This document shows positions 1 to 12,400 of a stretch of DNA of 64,000 nucleotides, in pieces; position 1 is the stretch's first letter; each line of letters starts with the position of its first letter. The notes under the pieces were generated by a model. That model did no database searches. It saw nothing but the letters and a program-made list of their open reading frames with translations, and was not told where the DNA came from. Both the position numbers and the translations under genes were made by a program. This DNA comes from Isurus oxyrinchus (Eukaryota), in contig JANJGN010000036.1 in NCBI GenBank assembly GCA_026770705.1, forward strand, positions 3,162,001-3,226,000. The letters are read 5' to 3'.

Positions 1-192
1 AGAAGAAAAGAGTTGACGTTTCGAGTCCTCATGACCCTTCGACAGAATTTGACTTCGAGTCCAAGTCTTTTTCTTGGACTCGAAGTCAAGTTCTGTCGAA
101 GGGTCATGAGGACTCGAAACATCAACTCTTTTCTTCTCCGCCGATGCTGCCAGACCTGCTGAGTTTTTCCAGGTAATTCTGTTTTTGTTTTC
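1..192. mobile_element. Palindromic Penelope pseudo-LTR remnant
   Basis: 1-65 and ~73-137 are near-perfect inverted repeats; sequence matches the element terminus at 6750-6845. Confidence 0.75.
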
Positions 193-1349
193 GCCTTTTT
201 GTTAATACAACTGACTGCATTTTAACTACTAAAATCATTGGTTCAGAAGTCACATAAAGAAGAAGAAGAAGAGGAAATTCGGCCCGTCACGCCTAGTCCA
301 GCTTTTTGAACGTGCACTTTAGTCCCACACCCCAGCTGTCTCCTCATTGCCCTGTGAATTAGTCCTCTTGTAACACACGACCCATTAAATGTTAGTCTCT
401 CTCCTGAGTGCAGCACATCCCATCGGCTGTGACTGAAGGCGGTTTACTGGCGATGTCCATAATTCACAAACACGAACACAATTCGCTTCTCATATTAGAA
501 TATCTGTCAAACGCATCAGTGAATTTAATGTTTCACTGACATGATCTAAACTATTTCTATGACTTCCTTCATTTTATCAATATTAAATAGCTGCTCTGGA
601 TACCGTTGGTGCGCTGATTTCTGGATATTTTGTTAATGATTAAGCTCTGGTCTGCAGAGAATATCGTAAATCCTGTTCGTATCAGAAAGGAACATTCCCA
701 ATTTAACACTAACATTATTTTGTTGTAAAGACTCATTCTGCACAGATATTTCCCGACAATTAATACAAGTCGCAGATGGGAGAGGTCAATCAGCTAATCA
801 CAGTTCATTCGTCCAGCAAGCTTTTGCCATCCTCAACCTGCAGGGAAATAACCTTTCCCTTAAAAATAACAGGGGATTTTGCAAGCGATTCTCTATTCTA
901 CCTAGCTAAAGAACCATTCTTGCTGCTGATACCTCTGTATATCATCGACCTCTAGGCATCAGTCCTTAAAATATCTTGGCCTATTAATTGCAGAGGCAAA
1001 GTCGAGCCATTCAGCCCCTCTGCTTGTATGTGGCATTCGATCTGGTCATGGCTGAAATTAGGAAATTGATGTTGTTTAATTCCATTCTATGTGCATTTGG
1101 GTTTATTTTAATTATAAGGTACATCTGTAAGTTTAACTTTAATTTATATATTATTTTCTATTTTTTGATTAAAATGGGAAAACTGGGATCTAGTTTCATT
1201 TCTGAATGGAGGCATCAGGTCAAAAGCATCTGTTTAATATTTGCGTGGCAAATGGGTTTTATGACTCCTAAAGAGAAGGTAAAGCAATCACAAGAGTCGG
1301 ACAAATGGTGCCATTGCCAAACAATATGGCGCTGACCAGTAAGTTCGCT

Positions 1350-1790
1350 TACGACACGAGAATTGTTGGGGTGGTAAATAGTGAGAAGGATAACCTTATA
1401 TTACAGGAGAATATAGGTGGGCTGATCAGTGGGAAATTGAATTTAATCCGGATAAGTGTGAGGTGATGCACTGGGGCAGGACAAACAAAGCTAGGGAATA
1501 AAACATGAATGGTAACATCCTGGGGAGTACCGAGGAAAAATGTCTTCACCCAGATAGTGGTGAGCCTGTGGAATTCGTTACCACAGAAAGTAGTTGAGAT
1601 TATATGTTTTCAAGAAGGAGTTAGACAAAACTCTTGTGGTGACAGGGACCAAAGGGTATGGAAAGAAAGCAGGAGCAGGCTATTGAGCTGGACGATCAGC
1701 CATGATCATAACGAATGGAGAGGCAGACTCGAAGGGCCGAATGGCCTACTCCTCCTCCTGGTTTCTATGTTTTTATGATTCTATGAAACG
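1350..1790 (+). mobile_element. CR1 fragment with 3' tail
   Basis: FAYDT-like RT remnant, FTQIVVSLWNSLP, tail ttctatgtttttatgattctatg. Confidence 0.7.
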
Positions 1791-3659
1791 CTCCCTATCT
1801 CCATAATCCCCTCCACTGTATCTCGGTGACCTGCTCCAGCAACTGTAAACCTCCATTTATATATATGTATTTTTGCAGTCCTTACAAGCATCTCTGCAAT
1901 GTTCTCCAATCACCACAACACTCACCTTTCTCTGTAATCTCCTCCAGCACCGGAAATTATTATTGGTTTCAGGGACCGAGTAGCCTACTCCTGCTCCTAA
2001 TTCGTATATTTGTGTGTTCGTATGTGCTGCAGGAATTTACCAAGGCTCACTCATCAGCACCTTCTAATCCCACGACCACTGCCACCTAGAAGGGCAAGGG
2101 CAGCATATGGGAAACACAACCACCTGGAGGCTCCCCTCCCAGTCACATTCCACCATGACAAGGAACTAGTTCGCTGTTCCCTCATTGTCGCTGAGTCAGA
2201 AACCCTGACCTGCCCCCACCCACCTCACTGCCTCCACCACCCGGCTGGCAGAATCGCTGTGGGTGCACCTACTCCACATGTAAAGCAGCGGCTTCAAGAG
2301 GGCAGCTCAACACCAACTATTGGAGGACAATTTTGGAATGGGCAATAAATGCTGGCCCGAGACAGCGACGCCCACATCACATGAAAGGAAACATTTTTTT
2401 TTAAAGTCCCAAGGGCCGACTAAAAAAGACATCTTGTGGCTCACCTCTCAATAAATATTAGATTATACACTAATCATGTCCAATGGAAACCTCAGCACTG
2501 AAGTTATTCACTCTCAATGTGTTATCAATGTGTATTCCAACATCACTGTAAATTAACATGAGGCATAAAAGGCTTCCATCCCAATTCGACAATTACTGTC
2601 TCAGCAGGGACTTGCATCTTTTGTCAGCGTTTTGTCTCTTTTTAACGTTTGATCAAGGGATGCATTTTTAAAAAAAGGGTCAAAGCCTCTTTTCAAACCC
2701 GCTTCGCTGCCTTGTGATTAAAGTTATACAACCCTACCATCTGCTGGCAGCTCACCTCCACTACAGGCACTGCTCTTTGCCAGTCGCAGAGAACTTCAGT
2801 TCCTGCATGGCTGCATCTGGAAACAGACTGATGAAGAGTGCATATTGCCCAATACTCTAAGGGATTGAAGATTGCAGAAGGGTGCACAGATCGCTCGGGT
2901 GGTGCATTCACTCTTTTACCACTTGACCCTGTGCATGATCCCTCTCCTCATTGGAGATATTCTCTGGAGATGGCAGCTGAGGATTATTTCAGGCTGCAAT
3001 ATGCACATTTGGTTCAGTTATCAGACTCTAATGCCATTCAGAAAAGGAGTGGATAAACTTTGTTGTACTCTGTAAATCCTCTGCAACATATTGTCAGTGT
3101 TTAATCCAACACATTGAGTTTTGCTAAATGTTTTTATTAACTATGTTTCCAAGATAGTTGACTCAATGTCTCGCATGGATTCTTTGCCCTAGAAAAAAAC
3201 ATTGAAAGCACAAACAACATATGGGAGAGAATTTATTTACACATCCTTACAGCCTTTATTCACATTGTGTCCGTGCTGGCCCAGAAGTGAAGAGATCTGC
3301 AATCTGTTGCCATTTTGCAGCTTTGGTCTGCTGTCCTTTAGGTTATGGTGATACAGAGAGAGACCAGCTGAGTTGGAATCCAAATGCACTACCTCCACTC
3401 TTGCCTGTTATTTACCCTGCTTGCCACAAACATCAACAAAGCTCCAACAGAACTGCCAAAGAAAGTTTAACTTTCATAAATCAGTGTTGACTCTGATGAA
3501 ACTGGTGAAACTGGTGACCCTTCCCCAACACAATAAACACAGATGCCGAATGATATCTCAGTTATTTCTGGAAACTGATGACAACAACAGGGAACAGGGT
3601 GGGTAAAGTGATTCTGCTCCGCAGGTGGCTTGTGTTGCTGCTTTATAATATCAATCTCA

Positions 3660-4290
3660 CCCAGACACACTCAATCACACACACACTCGCATAGACTGAC
3701 ACACGCACATTCACACCCACATTCATATGTACGCATTCACACACACACACTCACTCACACACATACACTCACATACACAGACGCCCTCACACATACTCTG
3801 CCGTATTCGTACACACACCCTCAGACTCGGAGACACACATAGACAAACACACACACATATGCAAACAAAGGCACACACACACAAAACACAGTCACCCACA
3901 TGTATAAAAAAACACATACTCTCTCACACAGACATACACTAACTAACACAATTACAGTCGCATGCACAGACACACTCACCCACAATCAGATATACAAACA
4001 GATGCACAGACTCACACACTAGCACACATTTTCATAAACACGCACATATTCGTACGTACACTCACACAAACACATGTTCTCACACACACAATAACAGACA
4101 CTGGCACACACAGTGATACACACGCACATTCATACAGACACACACTGTCACAGTCACACAAACACATTCACACGTGCACACACACAGACACGCACAAATG
4201 CACAAGCACATACACATAAACACACAGTCATATACACATATACACATCCTCACACAAAGTCGTACACAGACACAGACACAGATACAGACA
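3660..4290. repeat. Degenerate (CA)n low-complexity tract
   Basis: CA/CACA-rich; similar tracts at 15187-15225, 16225-16460, 27145-27340 and 41845-42075. Confidence 0.9.
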
Positions 4291-4689
4291 GAAAGCAGGA
4301 AGGGTTAATGTCAATCTCACTCTCGTCAACTAAGGTAATTTATTAGAAGAATAACATAAGCAGAGTTGAAACTCTGTGTTTTTTATTGTGAAATGAGACA
4401 ATACAAATATATCCCCATAGCCCATGTTGGGAGTGTAATTGATGATGTGACCTTTGTCTGACCCCAAAACAATTATTAAATGTGACCCATGACTAGTTTT
4501 GCTGTAAATATTTCAGGATGTAAATTATCTGGGAGCACAGTTGCTGTGAAAAAGGTGGAATACAGGGTGCGAATAAAGAGTGAAGCTGCTCTGCAGAGGG
4601 AATGTTTCTTGTTGGTAGTGGATTTAGAAGCTGAAGTTTATATTTGAAGAAGTTCCCAGAGTCTCAAACAACTGAACTGGGGCCTTTGG

Positions 4690-5200
4690 GAAGAGAGACA
4701 GTTTCGTCTGCTGTATCCCTCCTGTCCGCTAGAGGACGCTCTCACTCTCCTCCGGACCTCCTGGTCAACCCGCTGTTCCTCCTAGGATCAACTCTTACCT
4801 ACCCCCCCGGCCATGCCGCTGCTCTTTGTCCAACTGGCGGATGGAAAAGTGGCAGAGTCCACCATGTTATCTAACGAATCACCGCCAGCTTTTCCCTGTT
4901 TATTTTAATAAAGCGAAAAGGAAGAAGCGACTCTTCCGGATGAGCCGGGAACTGAAATTTTGAGCCGGCGGGGACGTGATTATTATTATTAATAATAATG
5001 AAAAATATAAAATAGTCGGTGCGGGAGGGGAGCGGAAGTGCGCATGTGCGCTGGGCTTTCCTCAGAGTGCAGCGCGGCCCGTGTCACTGATAGAGGACTT
5101 TCCCAGCCGCGGGGGATTGTGGGAAAAAGAGCCGCCGTTGCTCCCGCAACAACTTCGTCACTGGATTACCGCCTGCAGGGGGAGGAAGGTACAGGTTAAC
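4690..5200. promoter_or_regulatory. CpG-rich promoter-like island
   Basis: Local CpG enrichment in an AT-rich background; ETS-type CGGAAGT at ~5033 abutting an NRF1-like TGCGCATGTGCG; CTTCCGG at ~4933. Confidence 0.6.
4799..4865 (-). CDS. Candidate first coding exon of an unidentified gene (MVDSATFPSASWTKSSGMAGGV)
   Basis: AACATGG Kozak context, 67 nt, strong AG|GTAAGA donor, inside the CpG island. No downstream exon identified. Confidence 0.35.
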
Positions 5201-5649
5201 ACATACTTTTCAAAAATAATCAGGTTAACTAGGCCAGGAGACAAGAAAGGAGACACTGGTGCAAATGTACCCAGGAATGGGGTTCAAACGCAGAGATATT
5301 ATTATCAATCTGCAATACAATGTTCAGATTTATGCAGCCTTTCAGTAAGATATAATTCAAATAGTATCTGCAATGCGTCTCAGTTCTGAGTTGCCATTAT
5401 ACTGATACAGATTTGAGAAGCAATGATAGATTTGTGATGAGTGCCTTTCGATGGTTTTGGGCATGGTTGCTCAGGGGGTCTTTTAGGCTAATTTACAACG
5501 ACATTTACAGAGCGGCTGAGAAGTGGCACGGCAGTTCAGACTACACCTACAACCACCAGGCAGAAACAAACATGTCCAATCTTCATCTACACTGCAGCAC
5601 CCTCTTAGAAACTATAACTTTCATTTATATCACCTCTCATTATTTCAAT

Positions 5650-6700
5650 CTCTAGAGAAGGCAGACCCAGTTTCCTCAATCTCTCATCATCAGACAATCC
5701 CGCCGGCCCAGGCATTAGTTTGGTGCACCTCTGTTGCACTCCCTCCATGGTAAACGCATGATTCATTAGATAAGGAGATTAGAACTGTACAAAATACTTC
5801 AGGTGGAGTCTCAGCAAAGCTCTATGCAATTGCACCAAGATATATTTACTCCTGTACTCAGATATACTTGCGATGAAAGCAAAAATACTCTTTGACTTCC
5901 TAGTTGTTTGCTGCAGCTTCCTGAAGCTGCATGGTATCTTTCATTGACATGTGAACAAGGACACTCTGGTCCCTTTTGACATGAATATTTCCCAATGTCC
6001 CACGATTTAAGAAATACAAGCCTTTCTGTTATCTTTTCCTACTACATTGGATAACTTCACACTTGTTCACATTGTATTCCATCTGCAATTTTCTTGAGAA
6101 TTTAATCAGCCTATCTAAACGCCCTTGTTAACTCGTTGCATGCTCTTAAGAAGTTACCTTCCTACCTAGAGTTGTGTCCTCAGCGCATTTTGAAATATTA
6201 CGATTTGTCCCTATATCCAAATCATTTACTTAGATTCTGAATAGCTGGGGGCCAAACACTACAGCAGTGTGACCCATCATGTGCATGCCGGATCTTTGTG
6301 TATAAAGAATACAAAATCACCACATCTCCTGCTTTGGTTTCTGCCAGTAGAAATAGATTTCTCCTTATTTCCTCTATCAAAGCCATTCATGCTTTGTGCT
6401 CAATTGACCGTCAGTTAATAATCATTAGTTAACCTTATCTGCTCTAAGGAGAACAATTCCAGATTCTCCATTCTCTCCACGTTAATTGAAGTTCCTGATC
6501 CCTGGCCCCATTCTTGTAAATCTTCAACCCAGCCTCCCGGAGGTCTTGATATCCTTCCCAAAGTACTGTGTCCAGTTTTGGACACAATACTCCAGCTGCG
6601 GTCTGACCAGGTATGAATAAAATAGAACTTCCTCTAGCATTTGATTCCTCCATTAATGAAACGATTATTTCTATATGTCTTTTAGAGGCCAATTCAACTT
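5650..6700 (-). mobile_element. Decayed CR1 fragments
   Basis: Nucleotide similarity to the RT/3' region of the other CR1 copies (reverse strand). Confidence 0.55.
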
Positions 6701-6710
6701 GCCATAAGTT

Positions 6711-9145
6711 AAAGGCAAAAAACTGCAGATGCTGGAAATCCAAACAAAAACAAAAATATCTGGAAAATCTCAGCAGGTCTGACAACATCTGCAGAGAGGA
6801 GCAGAGTTCTCGCTTCAAGTCCGTATGACTTTTCGACAGAACTAAGGAAAAATAGAAAAGAAGTGAAATATTAGCTGGTTTAAGTGGGGGCGGGACAGGT
6901 ACATCTGGATAGAGGGCCAATGATAGATGAAGACAACCAAAAGATGCCATAGACAAAAGGCCAAAGAGGTGTTGAAAGTGGTGACATTATCTAAGGGATG
7001 TGATAATAGGTGACAGTAATGGTAGAAAGCAGGACGAGCAACATAAATATAGCCCGAGTGGGGATGTCGTGGGGGGAGAGGGATCGAAATAGGCTAAGAG
7101 GTAGAGATGAAACAATGGATGGAAATACATTTAAAATAATGGAAATAGGTAGGAAAAGTAAACTCTATATAAATTATTGGGGAAAGGGCGATCGGAAAGA
7201 GGGCGGAGATGGAGAGAGTTCATGATCTAAAATTGTTGAACTCAATACTCAGTCCAGAAGGCTGTAAAGTGTGTAGTCAGAAGATGAGGTGCTGTTCCTC
7301 CAGTTTGCGTTGAGCTTCACTGGAATAATGCAGCAGACCAAGGACGGACATGTGGGCATGAGAGCAGGTTGGAGTGTTGAAATGGCAAGCGACAGGGAAG
7401 ACTGGGCCCTGCTTGCGGACAGACCAAAGGTATTCCACAAAGCGGTCACCTAGTCTGTGTTTGCTCTCTCCAATGTAGAGGAAACCACATTGGGAGCAGC
7501 GAATGCAATCGACTAAATTGATGGATGTGCAAGTGCAATGTTGCTTCAGTTGAAAGGAGTGTTTGGGCCCTTGGACTGTGCAGAGAAGGGAAGTAAATGG
7601 GCAGTAAAGGGGTTGCACCTTCTGTGGTTGCATGGCTAGGGGTCGTGGGAGGGGGTTGAGGTGTAGGGGGTGATGAAGGAGTGGACCAGGGTGTCCTGGA
7701 GGGAACATCCCATGCAGAATGCTGCCGGGGGGGTGGTGAAGGGAAGATGTGTTTCGTCGTGACATCATGCTGGAGTTGACGGAAATTTCGGATTATGATC
7801 CTTTGAATGTGGTGGCTGGTGGTGTGATAAGTGAGGACGAGGGGGATCATGGTTGTGGGAGGAAGAGGAAGGAGTGAGGGTGGATGCGCGAGAGATGGGC
7901 CGGACACGGTTGAGGGCCCTGTCAACGACCGTGGGTGGAAAACCTCGGTTAAGAAGAAGGAAGACATGTCAGGGGAACTGTTTTTGAAAGTGGCATCATG
8001 AGAACACATGCGACGGAGGTGAAGGAACTGAGAGAATGGGATGGAGTCATTACAGGAAGCGGGTTGTGAGGAGCTGTATTCAAGGTAGCTGTGGCAGTCG
8101 GTAGGCTTGTAATGAATATTGGTGGACAGTTTATCACCAGAAATTGAGGCAGAGAGGTCAAGGAAGGGAAGGGAAGTGTCAGAGATGAACCATGTGAAAA
8201 TGATGAATAGGAAGAAAATTGAAGCAATGTTAATATTTTTTTCCTGGCCAGATCAGAACATGAAGCAGCACCGAAGCAATCATCTATGTACCAGAGTAAC
8301 AGCTGTGGGAGGGGGCCGGAGTAGGTCTGGAACAAGGAATGTTCTACGTACCCCATAAAGAGACAGGCATAACTGGGACCAATGCGGGTACCCATAACCA
8401 CACCTTTTATTTGAAGGAAGTGAGAGGTGTTTAAGGAGAAATTGTTCAGTGAGAGAAGAAGTTCAGCCAGACGGAGGAGAGTAGTGGTGGATGGGGATTG
8501 TTCGGGTCTCTGTTCCAGGAAGAGTTGGAGAGCCATCAGACCATACCGGTGGGGGATGGATGTATCGTGGGAATGGACGTCCATGGTGAAGAGGAGGCGG
8601 TTTGGGCCAGGGAACTGGAAATTGTTCATATGATGTAAGATGTCAGAGGAATCAAGGATGTAGGTCGGAAGGGACTGGACAAGGGGAGAGAGAATGGAGT
8701 CAAAATAGCAAGAAGTGATTTCCGTGGGGCAGGAAAAGGCTGACACAATTGGTCTGCCTGGATAGTCCTGTTTGTGAATTTTGGGTAGGACGTAGAGGCA
8801 GGCCGTCCGACATTGGGAGACTATGAAGTTCGATGTTGTGGAGGGAAGGTCTTCAGAGAGGATGAGGTCAGTAACAGGCATAGAAAAAATGGCTTGTTGT
8901 TCAGTGGTGTGGTCATGGTCCGGGGGAGGTAGGAGGAAGTGTCTGCGAGTTGATGTTCAGCATCTGCGAGGTACAGGTCAGTGCACCAGACAACAACTGC
9001 ACCACCCTTGTCAGCAAGCTTGATGACAATGGCAGGTTTGGACCTGAGAGAACGGAGTGCAGCAAGTTCAGCGAGAGACAGGTTAGAGTGGATGAAAGGA
9101 GCCGAGAAATTGAGATGACTGATGTGATGACCTAGGTCCTTCATG
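6711..9145 (-). mobile_element. Penelope-like retroelement (RT plus GIY-YIG endonuclease), degenerate
   Basis: IKLADKGG motif, LYVLPKIHK..GRPIVS, MGTRIGPSYACLFMG, WYIDD; GIY-YIG-type CIRCSQCGFLYIGESKHRLGDRF; frameshifted; 3' pseudo-LTR at ~6711-7250. Confidence 0.9.
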
Positions 9146-9986
9146 CATCACCTGCTTGATGAGAGTTTCGAATAATCCAATTTCATTGAAGTTTCATAAC
9201 CCGACGTTAATGTTAATCCATCTGCTGCTATTAGCAAGTGTATTTAAAATTAAACTGAATTTTACCAGCCAACTAGAGAATGATAAAGGAGGTCCCAGGA
9301 AATGAAGAAGGAGACATTCGGGTTGGGAGGTGGGGTGGTTGTGGGATTGTGCGAAATTTACATCCCTGCGGGGACACATCCATTTTCCCAAGAATCTCAT
9401 CACTTCATGCTTTCTTCCCATAAACTCATTCTGTGTCGACCTAATCTCAATTTCATTCCAATATCCACTGCCTGAAAGGACGGGTGAAGCAGATTCAATA
9501 ATAAAATGCAACTGGGAAATCCGGTTATTAAAGTGGTTATGAAGGAATAATGTTAAAGGCTTATTGGGAAAGGTGGGACTAATTGAATAGCAGAATGGCT
9601 CCTTTCTGTGCTATATCAATCTAGGATTCTGAGGATTCACACATAAACATAAGGGAAGCCGAGAAAATCTGGTAATGGAGATTATTTCAACAAAATTAAT
9701 AAATTTTCCAATATGATACAAACACACATACACACACACAAACTACACACACACACGTGCACATGGGCAGATCTATACATATGCACTGAAGACATATTTA
9801 TACCTTGATACTTACAGACAGACACAAACGCACACACACACGCCCATGCGCGTACACAGACACTCATCTATACACCCATCTGTTTATCACTTAGAGATGT
9901 TTATTTCACAGACTGCAGTTTCTTCGAATCTTGAGAACGGCGTCAACACTGAAAGGAAATTTCCATTTAACAGATCACCAGTTCAA

Positions 9987-11038
9987 CTGACCCTGCCTCT
10001 GCTGCTTTGGGGAACGACTCTTTGTCCAATATTTGCCTGAAGACTGCAGTTGAATTGGACAAGTACAGGAACCGCCAGTTTTCCAGGTTTCCCTCGACAC
10101 CATGACGTGACGTCTGATGCTGTACGTCCATCCCGTCTGATTCCATTTTGCAGAGATCGCTCGGTCCCTCCATGACCAGGCTGGAAATATTCAAGAAAAT
10201 GGAAATCTGTTTTGAAGGAACTCCACTGACCAAACACACTAAGGGGACGGTTTCCTTCAAATGCTGCTCACCCTGCGGGACAAACACCAGCACAGCCGTC
10301 TTGTTGGTGCAACTGTCTAGACAGAGATTGGGGCACAGTTAACGATTAACTAACACCAATTGTTCATGCTGTGTATGATCTTAATTCGTTTCACTTGCTC
10401 TATAACTTCCAACCTGTAGTGTGGGTTCATTCTGGAGTGATGCACGGACATCCTTATCAGCATAGTAAGAGGATCCAGAGCCATTCACCTGGACATTGCC
10501 AACTTTAAAAATCAATACATATTTGCTGTTGCCTTTTTTAGAAATAAACTTACAATCAACCCCTTGACAGGACTAGGTGTTGATTAGTTTCGAGGCTTTA
10601 CCCTCATGCTGTTTGTACCAGGAATAGCGAGATACCGATTCCACTTCGTAAATGTGGTGACAGGTTAATTCCACCATCTCTCCGACTTCAGCTGCCATTA
10701 TGAAGGGGCTGTGAGGCAGAGACGGCTCGGAATCTGTAACTAGATAGATTATTGTTACATTACCACTGGTTACTGACAAACAGGAGGCAGTTGTTTTGAG
10801 ACACATCGCTTGTAATTTAAGAACAGTCACATTGTGGTCTTTCATTTTTCTAGATTAGATTTATTCTCTAATTTGCAGGACGAAACAAGAAATAAACACC
10901 CATGATCAGTTCAAGCCCCCTCACTTTATCACTGGGTCACTTTTTCAGTTTAATAAACACTGATTTGGCTGATTCCAATTAAAAATTCTTACCCGCCTCT
11001 TACTCACAAGAAACCCACAGTCCTTGTAAATTGAGCAT
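9987..11038 (-). pseudogene. Gene B: leader-VJ-C1 pseudogene, close paralog of gene A
   Basis: Leader 11008-11038, V 10407-10739, C1 9987-10316. Lesions: in-frame TAG at 10575-10573, F-strand YYC changed to SYY (Cys lost), +4/-4 indels in C1, C1 donor GT changed to TT. No TM exon found downstream. Confidence 0.88.
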
Positions 11039-11442
11039 CTGAGATAAAGATGCTTTGGGCATCATGAGGCGCTGAGTGCTCCCTATAAGCGCCCTTACGG
11101 GTTTTTCTCTGTAGTGCAAGTGACCACGGACCTACCTAAGCTCACTCCCAGTTAGTTGCTGCACTGCCAAATGAAGTGGGAACGATGATGAGTCAACCCC
11201 TGAGCGTGCGGTGTTCTGATGGATCTCATACCACATGTACTTTACATATTTGCAGTCAGGTTCTGTGCATCAGTGATTAAACACCTGCAAATACCAGAAT
11301 GTAAAAATTGTGGAGTCGTTTTTGGCACAGGAGGCCGCCATTTGGATCATCAATGAACAAATTTACTAACACCTCGCTCTGAAATGGCCGCAGAAAATAA
11401 TAGGCATGGATGCCTGTATTTGTCATTGTGCTGAATAATAAT

Positions 11443-12400
11443 AAAAATACCTGGACAAACTCAGCAGGTCCAGCAGCATCTGCGGAGACTAACACAGTTA
11501 ACCTTTCCACTCCGTATGACTCTTCAACAGAATTAAGTAAAAATAGAAAAGAGGTGAAATTTCAGCTTGTTTAAGGGGTGGGGGTGGGGCGATGGGGCAG
11601 GTAGATCTGGATAGGGGGCCAGTGATAGGTGGAGACAGCCAAAAGGTGTCATAGACAAAAGGACAAAGAGGTGTTGAAAGTGGTGATATTATCTACGGAA
11701 TGTGCTAATAGGTGAGATTAAGGGTAGGAAGCAGGACGAGCAACTTAAAGATAGCCCTAGTGGGGCTGGCATTAGGGGTAGGGATCGAAATAAGCTAAAT
11801 AGTAGACATAAAACAATGGTTGTAAATGAAATTAAACATAATGTAAATAGGTGGGAAAAGAAAAATCTTTATAAATTATTGAGGGAAAAAACGGGGCATC
11901 GGAAGTGGGGATTGAGGAGTGAGTTCATGATCCAAAATTGTTGAATTTAGTATTCGGTCCGGAAGGTTGTAAAGTGCCTAGTCAGAAGATGATGTGCTGT
12001 TCCTCCAGTTTGCGTCGAGCTTCACTGGAACAATCCAGCAGGCCAATGACGGACATGTGGGCAAGAGAGCAGGTTGGAGTGTTGAAATGGCAAACAACAG
12101 GGAGGTCTGTGTCATGCTTGCAGACAGACCGCAGGTGTTCCGCAAAGCGGCCACCCATTCTGTGTTTGCTCTCTCCAATGTAGAGGAAACTGCTTTCGGA
12201 GCAGTGAATGGAGTGGACTTATTTGAGGGAAGTGAAAGTGCAATGCTGCTTCACTTGAAAGGAGTGTTTCGGCCCTTGGACGTTGAGGAGAGCAGAAGTA
12301 AAGGGACAGGTGTTGAATCTTCTGCCAGGCCTGCTGAGTTTTTCCAGTTAGTTTTATTTTTGTTTTGGATTTCCAGCATCCACAGTTGTTTGCTTTCATC
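11443..12400 (-). mobile_element. Truncated Penelope-like element with inverted terminal segment
   Basis: Homologous to 6750-7590 (3' end and GIY-YIG region); 12320-12400 is an inverted copy of the element terminus. Confidence 0.85.

Noticed and set aside
3630-4346. His/Thr-rich and Cys/Val-rich ORFs (also at ~16.2, 27.1 and 41.8 kb) and Ser/Leu/Pro-rich ORFs at ~53.2 and 59.1 kb
   Set aside because: Translations of CA/TG and CT microsatellite-like DNA.
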